DNA of 64,000 nt from Rebecca billardiae RCC1528 (lineage: Eukaryota > Protista > Haptophyta): assembly GCA_965240325.2 (NCBI GenBank), contig OZ251251.1, forward strand, positions 310,001-374,000, written 5' to 3'. Positions within the stretch are counted from its first letter, which is position 1. Each line of letters begins with the position of its first letter. The translations under genes were made by a program, and so were the position numbers. This document shows positions 1 to 9,185 of this stretch, one piece after another. The notes beneath the pieces were generated by a model, which saw nothing but the letters and a program-made list of their open reading frames with translations, made no database searches and was not told the origin of the DNA.

Positions 1-1888
1 CCCGTCGGCGCGCAACCGCGCGCACACGATGCACCAGGCTGCGCTCGAGAGGTGCGTAGCACTGCGCACACACGCACGCGCACGCACACTCACTCACACA
101 CACACGCGTACACACACACACGCGCACACACGCACACACACGCCGCGCGTGCGTGCCGCGAGCCCTCGCCGAGCTCGCGGCCTGCGACCGCCGAGTCGCG
201 CGCGCCCGCCGCCGCGCCGCGCGCCGCCGTGCGACTGCGCGCGCTCTGAGCCGGGGCCCCGCGCCGCCGCCGCCGCGCCGCGCCCGCGCGCGCGCAGCCA
301 GCTGCCCAACTGCGGGGCCGGGAGCCCGCTCGCGCGCGCGCACTCGTATGCGCAGCGCGCGTGCGGCGCGCGGCCGCCGGGCGCGCGGCAGTTGGCGCCG
401 CTGCCGCTCGACTCCACCGCGGAGGGCGACGGCTCGCCTGAGCAGCGCACAGGCCCGGGGCCGCAGCTGCCGGGCGCGCCGCCGCTTGCAGAGGAGGTTG
501 CCAACGCCCTCGCCTCGGCCGAGGCCAATGGCGCCGTCGCCCGCCGGAGCGGCGGCAGTAGCGCGCCCGACGCCGCCGCCGCCGCCGCCGACGCCGACGA
601 CGGCGGCGCCACGCTCGTCGAGCCGTTCACCGAGCTGCAGCAGCCTGGCGCGCGCTCGCCCGGCGCGCCCTCGGCGCCGCCGGCGCCGACCGCGCTGCCG
701 CCGGCCGCGGGCCCGCGGCCGCACGGCCCGCTGCGCTGCCTCTACGTCGAGGACGACCAGGTGCGGGCTAGGGGTCAGGGCTAGGGTTAGGGTTCGTAGG
801 CTAGGGGTAGGCGTGGGGGGTAGGGTGCGGGGCGAGCCGCGCGCGCGCGCGCAGGGCGTGCGCGGCGGGGCGCGAGCGCACGCGGCGCGCGCCTGACTCG
901 CTCCGCGCACGCCCCCGCGCGCCGCGCCGCCGCCCCTTTGTGGCTCGCCCGCCGTCCCCGCCGCGGCGTTGTGCCGCCATCTCCCGTTCGTTGATTGCAT
1001 GTGCCGCCGCAGTTCCTGCAGCTGACCGTGCCCACGCGCATCTTCGATGCGGTGGGCGTGACGGAGTGGGCGTCTGCGGCGGACGGCGAGGCGGCGGTGG
1101 AGGCACTCTACGGGCCGGGCGGGACGCAGTACGACGTGATCGTGATGGACAAGTGCGCGCCGCCGCCGCACCCGCCGCCGTTCGCGTGTGCGGCCGCCGC
1201 CGCGTGTGCGCGTGGCGGGCGCGCCGCGCCGCGCGCCCGCGCCCCCGCCCGGCCGCTAAACCGCGCGCGCCTGGCCCGCCCTGCCGCGCGCGCCCCCCCC
1301 GCCCCTCTGCCGCGCAGCCAAATGCCGCGCATGAACGGCACGGAGGCGACGCGCGAGCTGCGCCGCCGCGGCTTTGGCGGGCTCGTCGTCGGCATGACGG
1401 GTGCGCGGCGCCCCGCGCGCCGGAGAGCCCCCGCCCCGCCCCGCGCCCGGCCGGCCGTCCGCGTCGCGCAGCGCGCGCACGTGTGCCCTTCCTTTTATTA
1501 TTAGTATTTGCACTACGATGTATGTTTGATTTGTTCTTTGGCTGATGATTCGCTGCGCTCCGTGGGTTGTGTGCTCGCGGTCGCCGTGCGCACGCGCGCC
1601 GCCCCCGCGCCGGCCGCAGGCGACCCCGCGGGCTGCGTCGAGCGCGACGACTTTGAGGGCTCCGGGCTGGACCTGTGCGTGGACAAAGATACCACCGGTA
1701 TCAACACGGTCGCGCAGCTCATCGAGGCCGAGGTGGCGAAGCGGGCGGGCGCCGCCGCTGGCGGCGGCGGTGGCGGCGAGGGTGGCGAGGCAGCGGGCGC
1801 CGAGCCCGGCCGCTCCACGCTCGCGCACGCCGCGCTGCACGCGGTGCGCAGCCAGGCGGAGCTGCTGCCAGTGCTGCCCGAGCAGTAG
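1..1888 (+). CDS. 3' part of a multi-exon gene ending in a response-regulator receiver (REC) domain, probably a hybrid histidine kinase that starts upstream of the window
   Basis: Spliced reading LRCLYVEDDQ|FLQ...YDVIVMDN|QMPRMNGTEATRELRRRGFGGLVVGMTG|DPAG...FEGSGLDLCVDK has the REC acidic pocket, phospho-Asp (MDNQMP), Thr and Lys. GT-AG introns at 761-1012, 1153-1317 and 1401-1619; stop TAG at 1886-1888. Confidence 0.8.
62..142. repeat. Imperfect (CA/CG)n microsatellite, probably intronic
   Basis: cacacacgcacgcgcacgcacactcactcacacacacacgcgtacacacacaca... Confidence 0.8.
767..830 (+). repeat. Degenerate telomere-like (TTAGGG/CTAGGG/TCAGGG) tract at the 5' end of an intron
   Basis: gctaggggtcagggctagggttagggttcgtaggctaggggtagg follows the donor at 761. 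Confidence 0.6.
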
Positions 1889-3361
1889 CGCGGCCGCGGC
1901 GGGCACAGCGCGCCGCGGTCAAGATGCCGGCAGCAACGCTGTCAGCCGTCCATGCCGCGGCGGGCCGCCGCACGCGGTCCACGCCGGACCCACACTGGGG
2001 CCTTCGCTGGCCACAGGCACAGCCGCCGGCCACGGCACGGCCCACGCGGCGCGGCACCGGAGAGCCTAGTGTCGTTCAAGGTCGCGGCACGCGCTCCAGC
2101 GCGCGCGTCGGCGCGACTCTGCGACTGTCTGCGTCAGCAGATCCCGGCCGAACGCGCGGCGGCGCTATTCGGGTTCGGCGGGGCGGCCGGACGTCGTCGA
2201 TCGTCATAGTAATCAGTCGTACGTATATCGTGAACCGGCTAGTCGTACAGCACGGCGCAGTCGTAGTCGCGTCGTAAAGTCGTGCTGACGAGAATATTGA
2301 CTGGACTCTGCGCAGTCGCCAGTCGGCCCGAACGTATATTTATATTATATATTAATCATCATTGACACGTCACTCTAGTCTCTACCCGACGGCCCGGTCC
2401 AGGCGTCCAGCGTCACCGAGTAACGGCTATATACATCCTCAACGGTGGCATCAGTCTCAGTCATCGTAGTAGTAGCAGGCTCCGCGCACAGTGCACAGCA
2501 TCTGCTATAAGTATAAGCGAGCCGGGCATCATCCCCGACACGCGTCAAGTCGGAGGCGCCCGCCTCTCCAGCCCTGGAGTCCGACCGAATCAGTCGGGTC
2601 GTCTCGCGGGTCAGATGGCCGCTGCAGGCGGGCTGCCTGAAGCAGCCACGCCGCGTAAATAAGAGTGAGCAACGCATGACACAATCACATCAGCGGGTCG
2701 ATGTCAGCGCGCCTAGGTAATAAGCCAGCGCCGTAGTGCCGGCACTCCGAGTCGTGACGTCAGCCGGTCCGACGCGTCATTCGCACTCACGGCCTGCCGC
2801 TGCTGCCGACTTGCCGCGACCAGGTCTCTCGGAATTATCGGGATCGCGCGCCCATAGTAGTAGGGACGACTGACGGAGAAGTGAGTGAGAGGTTCCAGTA
2901 ACGACGCATGACCAAGGGCCGCTTGGCATGACAACGCTTGGGGCGACGGCGGCCGGGCGGCGTTGCCGCCATTGCGGCGGGCGACCATTGCCACCGCGGG
3001 GAGCGGTCATCCGCGGGGGCGGGGACACCGCATTGAGCTTGCCTTTTTTATTATTCGTCATTAATTTTATTCCACGCCAGGGCATATTATGCCATAATCA
3101 TCGCCGCCAATAGATCGGCGCGGTCAAACTACAGACAGAGAAGTCATAACGGTGGCCCTGAGTGCGCGTCGATCGCCCGGTGACTCCGACTGAACAGGTG
3201 TGCAGCGGGCGCTGCCGCCCGCGGGCGGCAGCGCGCCGCGAACGTCGCAACCCCTTGAAAAAAATCCCAGCAGTGAGTCCACGCTCGTCCAGGTCAGTCA
3301 TCGTCGATGCGGGTGATCGCGTCACGCGCGGCGGGCCGGTTCGTCATGCGGCGGTCAACGC

Positions 3362-3979
3362 TTAGTTGAACGGCACCGGCGAGCCGAGGAGCGAGTTGAT
3401 GATGTACGGGTTGCCGTCGAGCTTCTCGTGCACCATCAGCGCGAGGATGCCCATCTGCGCCGCGCGGCCGTTGTTCAGCTCGATCGCGCGCTTCTGCAGC
3501 TTGGTCTCCTCGTCGAACGAGTCCCAGCCGAAGTCGAGCGCGCCGTTGCGGAAGTCACCGACGAACTCGCCGTCGCCGAGGTCCTTCATGACGGCGAGCT
3601 CGAGGAAGCCGACGAACGCGAAGATCTGCGCGAGGCCCGCCGCCGGCACGACCGAGAGCGCCGCGAGGCCGTTGGGCACGTCAGCGAACGGCAGGCCGTA
3701 CGCGAGCTCGCCCGGGAGGCGGATGCCGGCCGACGTCACGACGTGGCCGAGGACGGCGAGCATGCAGATGCGGCCGTGCTTGATCTCGACGAAGCGGAGG
3801 CGGTCGAAGCGCTCCTGGTCCGCGCCGTCCAGGAGGTTGAGCGGGTCGATGAAGCCGAGGGGCGGCTGCGCGCCGAGCTCCGACTCGAAGCCCATCGAGA
3901 CCGCCGCGCGCGACGCCGAGGGCGCGCGCATGGCGGGGCCGTTGAAGGCGAGGGCGGAGACGAGGATCTGGGCGAACAT
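3362..3979 (-). CDS. Fucoxanthin-chlorophyll a/c light-harvesting protein (Lhcf-type)
   Basis: Motifs ELGAQPPLGFIDPL, VEIKHGRICMLA and AIELNNGRAAQMG; bipartite leader MFAQILVSALAF; putative 5'UTR intron 3982-4088. Confidence 0.95.
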   Translation of the reverse strand: MFAQILVSALAFNGPAMRAPSASRAAVSMGFESELGAQPPLGFIDPLNLLDGADQERFDRLRFVEIKHGRICMLAVLGHVVTSAGIRLPGELAYGLPFADVPNGLAALSVVPAAGLAQIFAFVGFLELAVMKDLGDGEFVGDFRNGALDFGWDSFDEETKLQKRAIELNNGRAAQMGILALMVHEKLDGNPYIINSLLGSPVPFN

Positions 3980-4342
3980 GACTGCGACACGCACGCCGTG
4001 GCGGTCGCGGCGGCGCGTGCGCGGCGCGGGCACGGCGCGTCAGCCACGCGAGCGGCGCGCGCGTCGGGGACGGTCGGGGCGGACGCACCTGCTGCTGGGT
4101 TGGTTGCGGTCCGACGAGGTCGTCTCGCGGCGGCGCGGGAGGGCTTGGCTGCTACTAGCGAAAATTAGACCGGCTTAATTTTTGACGAGGCGCAGCGCCC
4201 GAGATCACGATCACGGCCACCGGGAAACGGTCGTTAATAATCGGCGGCTTAAATCCGTCCGGACCGAGCCCGCCCCGGATCGCGGATGTGCGGTCCTGGA
4301 CCGATTGCACGCGCTTCGCTGCGCCTTCGCAATCACGCGGCG

Positions 4343-5836
4343 ATGGCGCCGTCGCCCCAGCGCGCCGCCGACGCACTGCCGCTGCTGCTGCTGCTGCTGC
4401 TCGGCGCGCGCGGCCACGCGCTGCCCGCGCGCGCGCGCGGGCTGCGCGGCTGGGTCACCCCGCGCCTCGACTCCGCCTCCGTCCTGCGCTCCTCCTCGCG
4501 CGAGCTCGGCGTGCCGCCGCCGTGGAACTTGCCCAAGATGGCGTGGAAGGGCGCGTGGCTCGTGGGCGCGCGCGCGGTGCCCGTGCTGCACGCGACGGAC
4601 GCGCTCGACCTGCGCGCGGAGCGGCCGGCGGACACCTTCGTCAACCTGCACGTCCTCTGGTGGAAGGCGCTCGCCGGCGATCGCGTCGCGTACGACATGC
4701 TCCCACCGCTCACGCGCCGCGTCGTCGGCCGGCCGCTCCGCTGGCTGTTCCCGAAGCTGCACCACCAGAACGTGGCGCTGCGCACGGCGTACCTCGACCG
4801 CGCGCTCGCGGCGCAGCTGCGCGGCGCGGACGAGCTCCACCCGGTCGTCGTCGTCGTGCTCGGCGCGGGCTTTGACAGCCGCGCGCTGCGGTTTGGCGGC
4901 GCGCGCGGCGCGCGCGGCGGCGTGGGCGGCGGCGCTTACCTCCGAAGCGGGCGGTGGCGGTGGCGGCGGCGTGGCGCGGAGGGCGTCGACGCGGCGGATG
5001 GCGCGTACGACCCGCGCGGCGTGCGCTTCGTCGAGGCCGACCTGCCGCACGTCGTCCGCGCCAAGCGAGTCCTCGTCGAGCGGCGAGCGCTGCCGCGCGC
5101 CGAGCGCGCGCGGCCGCGCGCCGAGCGGCGGCGGCGCCGACGGGGGAGGGCCGCCGACGGGTGCGCCGAGGCCGGCGGCGAATGGGACGCGGGGGCTGGT
5201 GGGCGCTCGATGCACGAGGCCGCGCTCGCCGCGCTCGCGGTGCCGCCCACGCTCGCCGAGCTCGACATGAACGACCCGGACTCGCGCGGCGCGTTCGTGT
5301 CGGGCGCGCTGCGGTCCGCGCTCGCGGCGGCGAGGGCGGGGCAGACCGCCGCGCTCGCGGCGGCGGGCCCGCGGGCGGAGGGCGCGCGCGCGGGGCGCGG
5401 GGCGAGCGCGGTGCGGCTGGTGCTGCTCGCCGAGGCATCGCTGCTCTACCTGCAGCCCGGCGCGACCGAGGCGATGCTCGCGGCAGCAGTGGAGGAGGCG
5501 CGGCGCGCGCCGCGCGGCGCGGCCCCGGGCGCAGCCGCGCCGGCCGGCGCGCCGGCCGGGGCGGCAGCCGTCGCCTTCGTCTTCGCCGATCGCATCCCGG
5601 GCGCGGCGGAGGCGGGCGCGGCGGCTGTGCGCGGCGCGCCGGAGAGTAGCTCCGCGGCCGCGCGCCAGCGCGCGCTCGACGCCGAGCCCGACGCGCTCGA
5701 CGCCGAGCGCGAGGCCGCGCGCGCGTGGCTGCAGCGCGTGGCCGGCCTGCGGCTGAGCGAGTGGTGCCCCAAGCCGGGGCGCGCGCGGCACATGGGCACG
5801 GCCGTCGAGGCGGCGGCGGAGGGCGGCGGCAGTTGA
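4343..5836 (+). CDS. Leucine carboxyl methyltransferase (LCM)-family SAM-dependent methyltransferase with an N-terminal signal peptide
   Basis: Motifs VALRTAYLD, VVVLGAGFDSRALRF, FVEADLPHVV and LLAEASLLYL; hydrophobic LLLLLLL leader. Confidence 0.8.
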   Translation: MAPSPQRAADALPLLLLLLLGARGHALPARARGLRGWVTPRLDSASVLRSSSRELGVPPPWNLPKMAWKGAWLVGARAVPVLHATDALDLRAERPADTFVNLHVLWWKALAGDRVAYDMLPPLTRRVVGRPLRWLFPKLHHQNVALRTAYLDRALAAQLRGADELHPVVVVVLGAGFDSRALRFGGARGARGGVGGGAYLRSGRWRWRRRGAEGVDAADGAYDPRGVRFVEADLPHVVRAKRVLVERRALPRAERARPRAERRRRRRGRAADGCAEAGGEWDAGAGGRSMHEAALAALAVPPTLAELDMNDPDSRGAFVSGALRSALAAARAGQTAALAAAGPRAEGARAGRGASAVRLVLLAEASLLYLQPGATEAMLAAAVEEARRAPRGAAPGAAAPAGAPAGAAAVAFVFADRIPGAAEAGAAAVRGAPESSSAAARQRALDAEPDALDAEREAARAWLQRVAGLRLSEWCPKPGRARHMGTAVEAAAEGGGS

Positions 5837-6060
5837 GGGACGGAGCGAGACGGGCGGGAGGAGGGTAGGCAGGCGGCGCGTGTGCAAGGCGGCACCGAGG
5901 GTTGTAGTGGCCGCGCGCGCGCCACGCGGCTGCGCTTCGCGGCTCGCCTGATCACTAATCACTTCAGACTTCAGACTGCCTCTGTTCATCACCGGACGCC
6001 CTTGACCGGACGTGGGCTTGGCCAACCGCGAGCCGACACCGTCACACCGACGTGGGAGCG

Positions 6061-7614
6061 ATGGCCAGCACAGAGCAGGCGCACGCGCGTCGCCTACTGC
6101 TCGATGACCTGCCACACGAAGTGGTCGACCGCATCACGTCACTCCTGACGTTGCGCGACCTCGCCAGCCTGAACGCCACCGCGCGCCTCTTCCACGCCGC
6201 GCCGCCTGGCGGCCGCTCGCCGGTGGAGCGTGCGCTGCGCGTGCGCGCGATCGCGCGCGGCCACGAGCGCGCGCTACCGGCGGCGCTACCCGCGGGCGCG
6301 CGCACGTGGACGGAGGAACTGCTCGGCCGCGAGCGCGTGTTCACGCGCGCCCGTGGGCACGCCACAGCGCTCGCGTGCGGCGACAACTTCAGCGCGTTTG
6401 TGGACGCGGATGGCGGGCTGCACACGTGCGGCGAGGAGGAGATGCGGGACGATGATGCAGGGAGATGGACGATGCAGTACCGGGCACGCGCGGCGCAGGA
6501 CCAGGCTGGGATGCGCGCAGTACTCCTGCCCTCGCGTGTCGCCTCGCTTGCTGCCATGTGCGTGTGCTCCGTGGCGGCTGGCGACCACCACCTGCTCGCG
6601 CTGAGCGAGGACGGCACCGTGTACGGCTGCGGGGACAACGAGTTGGGCCAGCTCGGGATGGGGGACACGGAGGAGCGGCGTTCGTTTGGGCTGGTCGGCT
6701 CATTGTCAGCTGAGCTCGTCGTGAGTATCTCGGCCGGTGGGCTCCACAGCCTCGCGCTCGGCGCCGACGGCCGTGCGTTCAGCTGGGGCAGCAACAACTT
6801 TGGCCAGCTCGGCCACGGCGACACAAAGACGCGGCTGCAGCCGACGCACATCGAGGCGCTGGACGGCGTGCGCGTGGGCGGCGTGGCCGCGGGTGAAACG
6901 CACACGCTACTGCTCTTGGCCGGTGGCGCCGTGTACTCGTGCGGGGATGGCTCTTCGGGCCGCCTTGGCCACGGCGACGAGCAGGATGAGCGCACGCCGA
7001 GGCGCATCGAGGCGCTCGCTGGCGTGCGCGCCGTGCACGTGAGCGCGGGCTACGAGCACAGCCTGGTGGTGGACGCAGCGGGTGGCGTGCACTCCTTCGG
7101 AGCCGGTTCTTTGGGCGCGCTCGGCCATGGTGACGTGGTCCTTCGCTTGGTGCCCACACGCATCGACGCTCTGGGCGGAGTGCGTGCCGTGCGCGCCAGC
7201 GCGGGCCGTTGGACCAGCGCGGTGGTGTGCGCGGACGGCAGCGTGCACACGTTCGGGTACAACCTGGAGCTCCAGCTCGGCCATCCGCCCGATGCGGTGG
7301 AGGCGGATGTGGGTGTGTGCGTCCCCAAGCACGTTGCCGCCCTTGCTCACGAATGCGTGGTGGGCTGCGCGTTGAGCTCATCCCACGCGCTGTACGCCAC
7401 CGCTGACGGGTGCGTGCACTCGTGCGGCGAGCAGTCGGCAGCGCTCGGCCGCGGCCTGAGCAATGCTGGCCACAGCTTCTTTGCGCCTGCTGCTACTGCT
7501 TGCGGGCTCGGGCGCGTCGAGCCGTTGCCGTGCCTCCGGGGCCGCTCCCGCGTGAGCACGGCTGGCGAGCTCAAGGCGTTCATCATCGTCAACTCGTCCA
7601 CGCGCCCGCTGTGA
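6061..7614 (+). CDS. F-box plus RCC1-repeat protein (intronless)
   Basis: N-terminal LLLDDLPHEVVDRITSLL is F-box-like; several RCC1 repeats (ISAGGLHSLAL...FSWGSNNFGQLGHGD, VAAGETHTL...YSCGDGSSGRLGHGD). Confidence 0.9.
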   Translation: MASTEQAHARRLLLDDLPHEVVDRITSLLTLRDLASLNATARLFHAAPPGGRSPVERALRVRAIARGHERALPAALPAGARTWTEELLGRERVFTRARGHATALACGDNFSAFVDADGGLHTCGEEEMRDDDAGRWTMQYRARAAQDQAGMRAVLLPSRVASLAAMCVCSVAAGDHHLLALSEDGTVYGCGDNELGQLGMGDTEERRSFGLVGSLSAELVVSISAGGLHSLALGADGRAFSWGSNNFGQLGHGDTKTRLQPTHIEALDGVRVGGVAAGETHTLLLLAGGAVYSCGDGSSGRLGHGDEQDERTPRRIEALAGVRAVHVSAGYEHSLVVDAAGGVHSFGAGSLGALGHGDVVLRLVPTRIDALGGVRAVRASAGRWTSAVVCADGSVHTFGYNLELQLGHPPDAVEADVGVCVPKHVAALAHECVVGCALSSSHALYATADGCVHSCGEQSAALGRGLSNAGHSFFAPAATACGLGRVEPLPCLRGRSRVSTAGELKAFIIVNSSTRPL

Positions 7615-7858
7615 CTGCCAACAGCCAAGACTGACTAAGCTAAGCAACGCTGATGCTAGACAGCTAGTTCGTCGTCAGAGACTCGTCAGACTCGTCGCCC
7701 GCCCGCCCCCCACGCGCGGCGCCCGTACTCGTCGCCACTCGCCCTCGGGTGACGAAGCGCGCCCAGCCAGCTCCAAGCAGCAGCGCATCAGCACCGCTCC
7801 GCCTCCCGCCTGCAGCCGCGCGAAGGGAGGACACGCGCTCCCGTGCCCGCGCAGCCAC

Positions 7859-8983
7859 ATGCGCGTCGACCGGTTCTTCCACATGGCCGCGGCCGAGGCG
7901 CTCGAGTCGCCCCTCGACATCAAGCACGGCGCCGTCCTCGTCAGCGGCGGCAAGGTGATCGCCGCCGGCCACAACTCGTCGCGCGCCGCGTGGGCCGGCG
8001 CGCCCGGCACGCTCGCGAGCGTGCAGGGCGCGTGCTCGATGCACTCCGAGGTGGCCGCGCTGCACGCCGCGTCGTGCGTTTTATGAGGGTCGGGGCAAGC
8101 ACAGCCGGCGCAAGCTGCGGGTGCGTGCTTCGCGCGCGCCGCGCGCTCGCGCCGCGTTCCACGCCCGCCGCGCGCGACGCGCGCCGCCGCGCCGCCGACC
8201 GCTGGCCCTGGGCGCGGCGTGGCCGGCGCGGCGTCTCCGCGCGCGCAGGGCTGCGACCTGTACGTCGTGCGCGTCCTCCCGGCGGAGCAGCCCTCCGCGC
8301 GCGCGCCGCCCAAGGAGCCGCAGCCGCCGCAGCCGCAGCTGTTCCGCGGGTTTGGCTACTCGAGGCCGTGCGTGCGCTGCGTGCGCGCGCTGAGCGCGTG
8401 CGGCGTGCGCCGGGTGTTCTACAGCACGGGCGGCGTGGAGCAGGGCGCGCACGCCGGCGCGCACCCCGCCGCGCCGCCGCCGCCGCCGCCGCCCGAGCTC
8501 GGCGCCGCCGTCGGCGCCGCGGCCGCCGGCAACGCCGCGCCCGCCGCCGCCGCCGTGTGCGCGCCGTGCGCCGCCGCCGCTGAGGGCGATGGGGGCGAGG
8601 GGACGCAGCACGGCGGCTCGGCCGCGGCGGGCTGGGCGTTGGGTGGCGCGGCGCACGTGGCGGGGGGCCACGCCGTCGAGCCGGCGGAGCCCCGCCGCGC
8701 GAGCCCCGCCGCCGCCGCCCTCGCGCTCGCCGACGCGCGCGCTCGAGCGCCCGGCGCCGCGCCCGCGGCGGCGGGCGGCGCTGCCGCTGTGGCGTTCGAG
8801 GTGCGCTCCGTGCGCGAGCTGATGATGGCGGCGGAGCTGGCGCTGGGGCGCGGGTCGGAGTCGGAGGGCGGCGGCGGCGCGGGCGTGTGCGCCGCGGTGG
8901 GCGGGCACACCTCGCGCGGCGACCGCGAGCTCGCGCGCACGCTGCGGCTCGAGCAGCGGATGCGGCCCGCGCGCCGCGCGTGA
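7859..8983 (+). CDS. Zinc-dependent cytidine/dCMP deaminase-fold protein whose coding sequence needs a +1 frame change at about 8078-8086 and removal of intron 8121-8248
   Basis: Frame 0 encodes KHGAVLVSGGKVIAAGHN...SMHSEVAAL and then SCVL-stop. The +1 frame gives YEGRGKHSRRKLR, which splices in phase 0 (GTGCGT...CAG) to GCDLYVVRV...YSRPCVRCVRALSACGVRRVFYST. Confidence 0.85.
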
Positions 8984-9074
8984 GCCGGGGGCGGGCGCGG
9001 GCGCGGCGGCAGCCATCGCCTCGCGGCGCCTCGCTTCGCCGCGCCCAGGCCTGCCCGGCCTGGCCCTGCCGCCG

Positions 9075-9185
9075 TTGCACCCTGCCACCCTGCCACCCTA
9101 CGCCCAGGCCCACCCTGCCGCCGTTACACCCTTCTACCCTGCCGCCGTTACACCCTGCCACCCTGCATCCCGCCACCCTACACGC
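9075..9185. repeat. C-rich degenerate minisatellite (ACCCTGCC / CCCTAC units)
   Basis: accctgccaccctgccaccctacg...accctgccgccgttacacccttctaccctgccgccgttacaccctgccaccctg. Confidence 0.7.

Noticed and set aside
8084-8086. In-frame TGA of the deaminase read as selenocysteine or by stop readthrough
   Set aside because: This would need retention of a typical intron (8121-8248) and a low-complexity insert of about 54 aa. Codon pattern and the RRKLR-GCDLY junction favour the +1 frame, and no SECIS was recognised. Not formally excluded.
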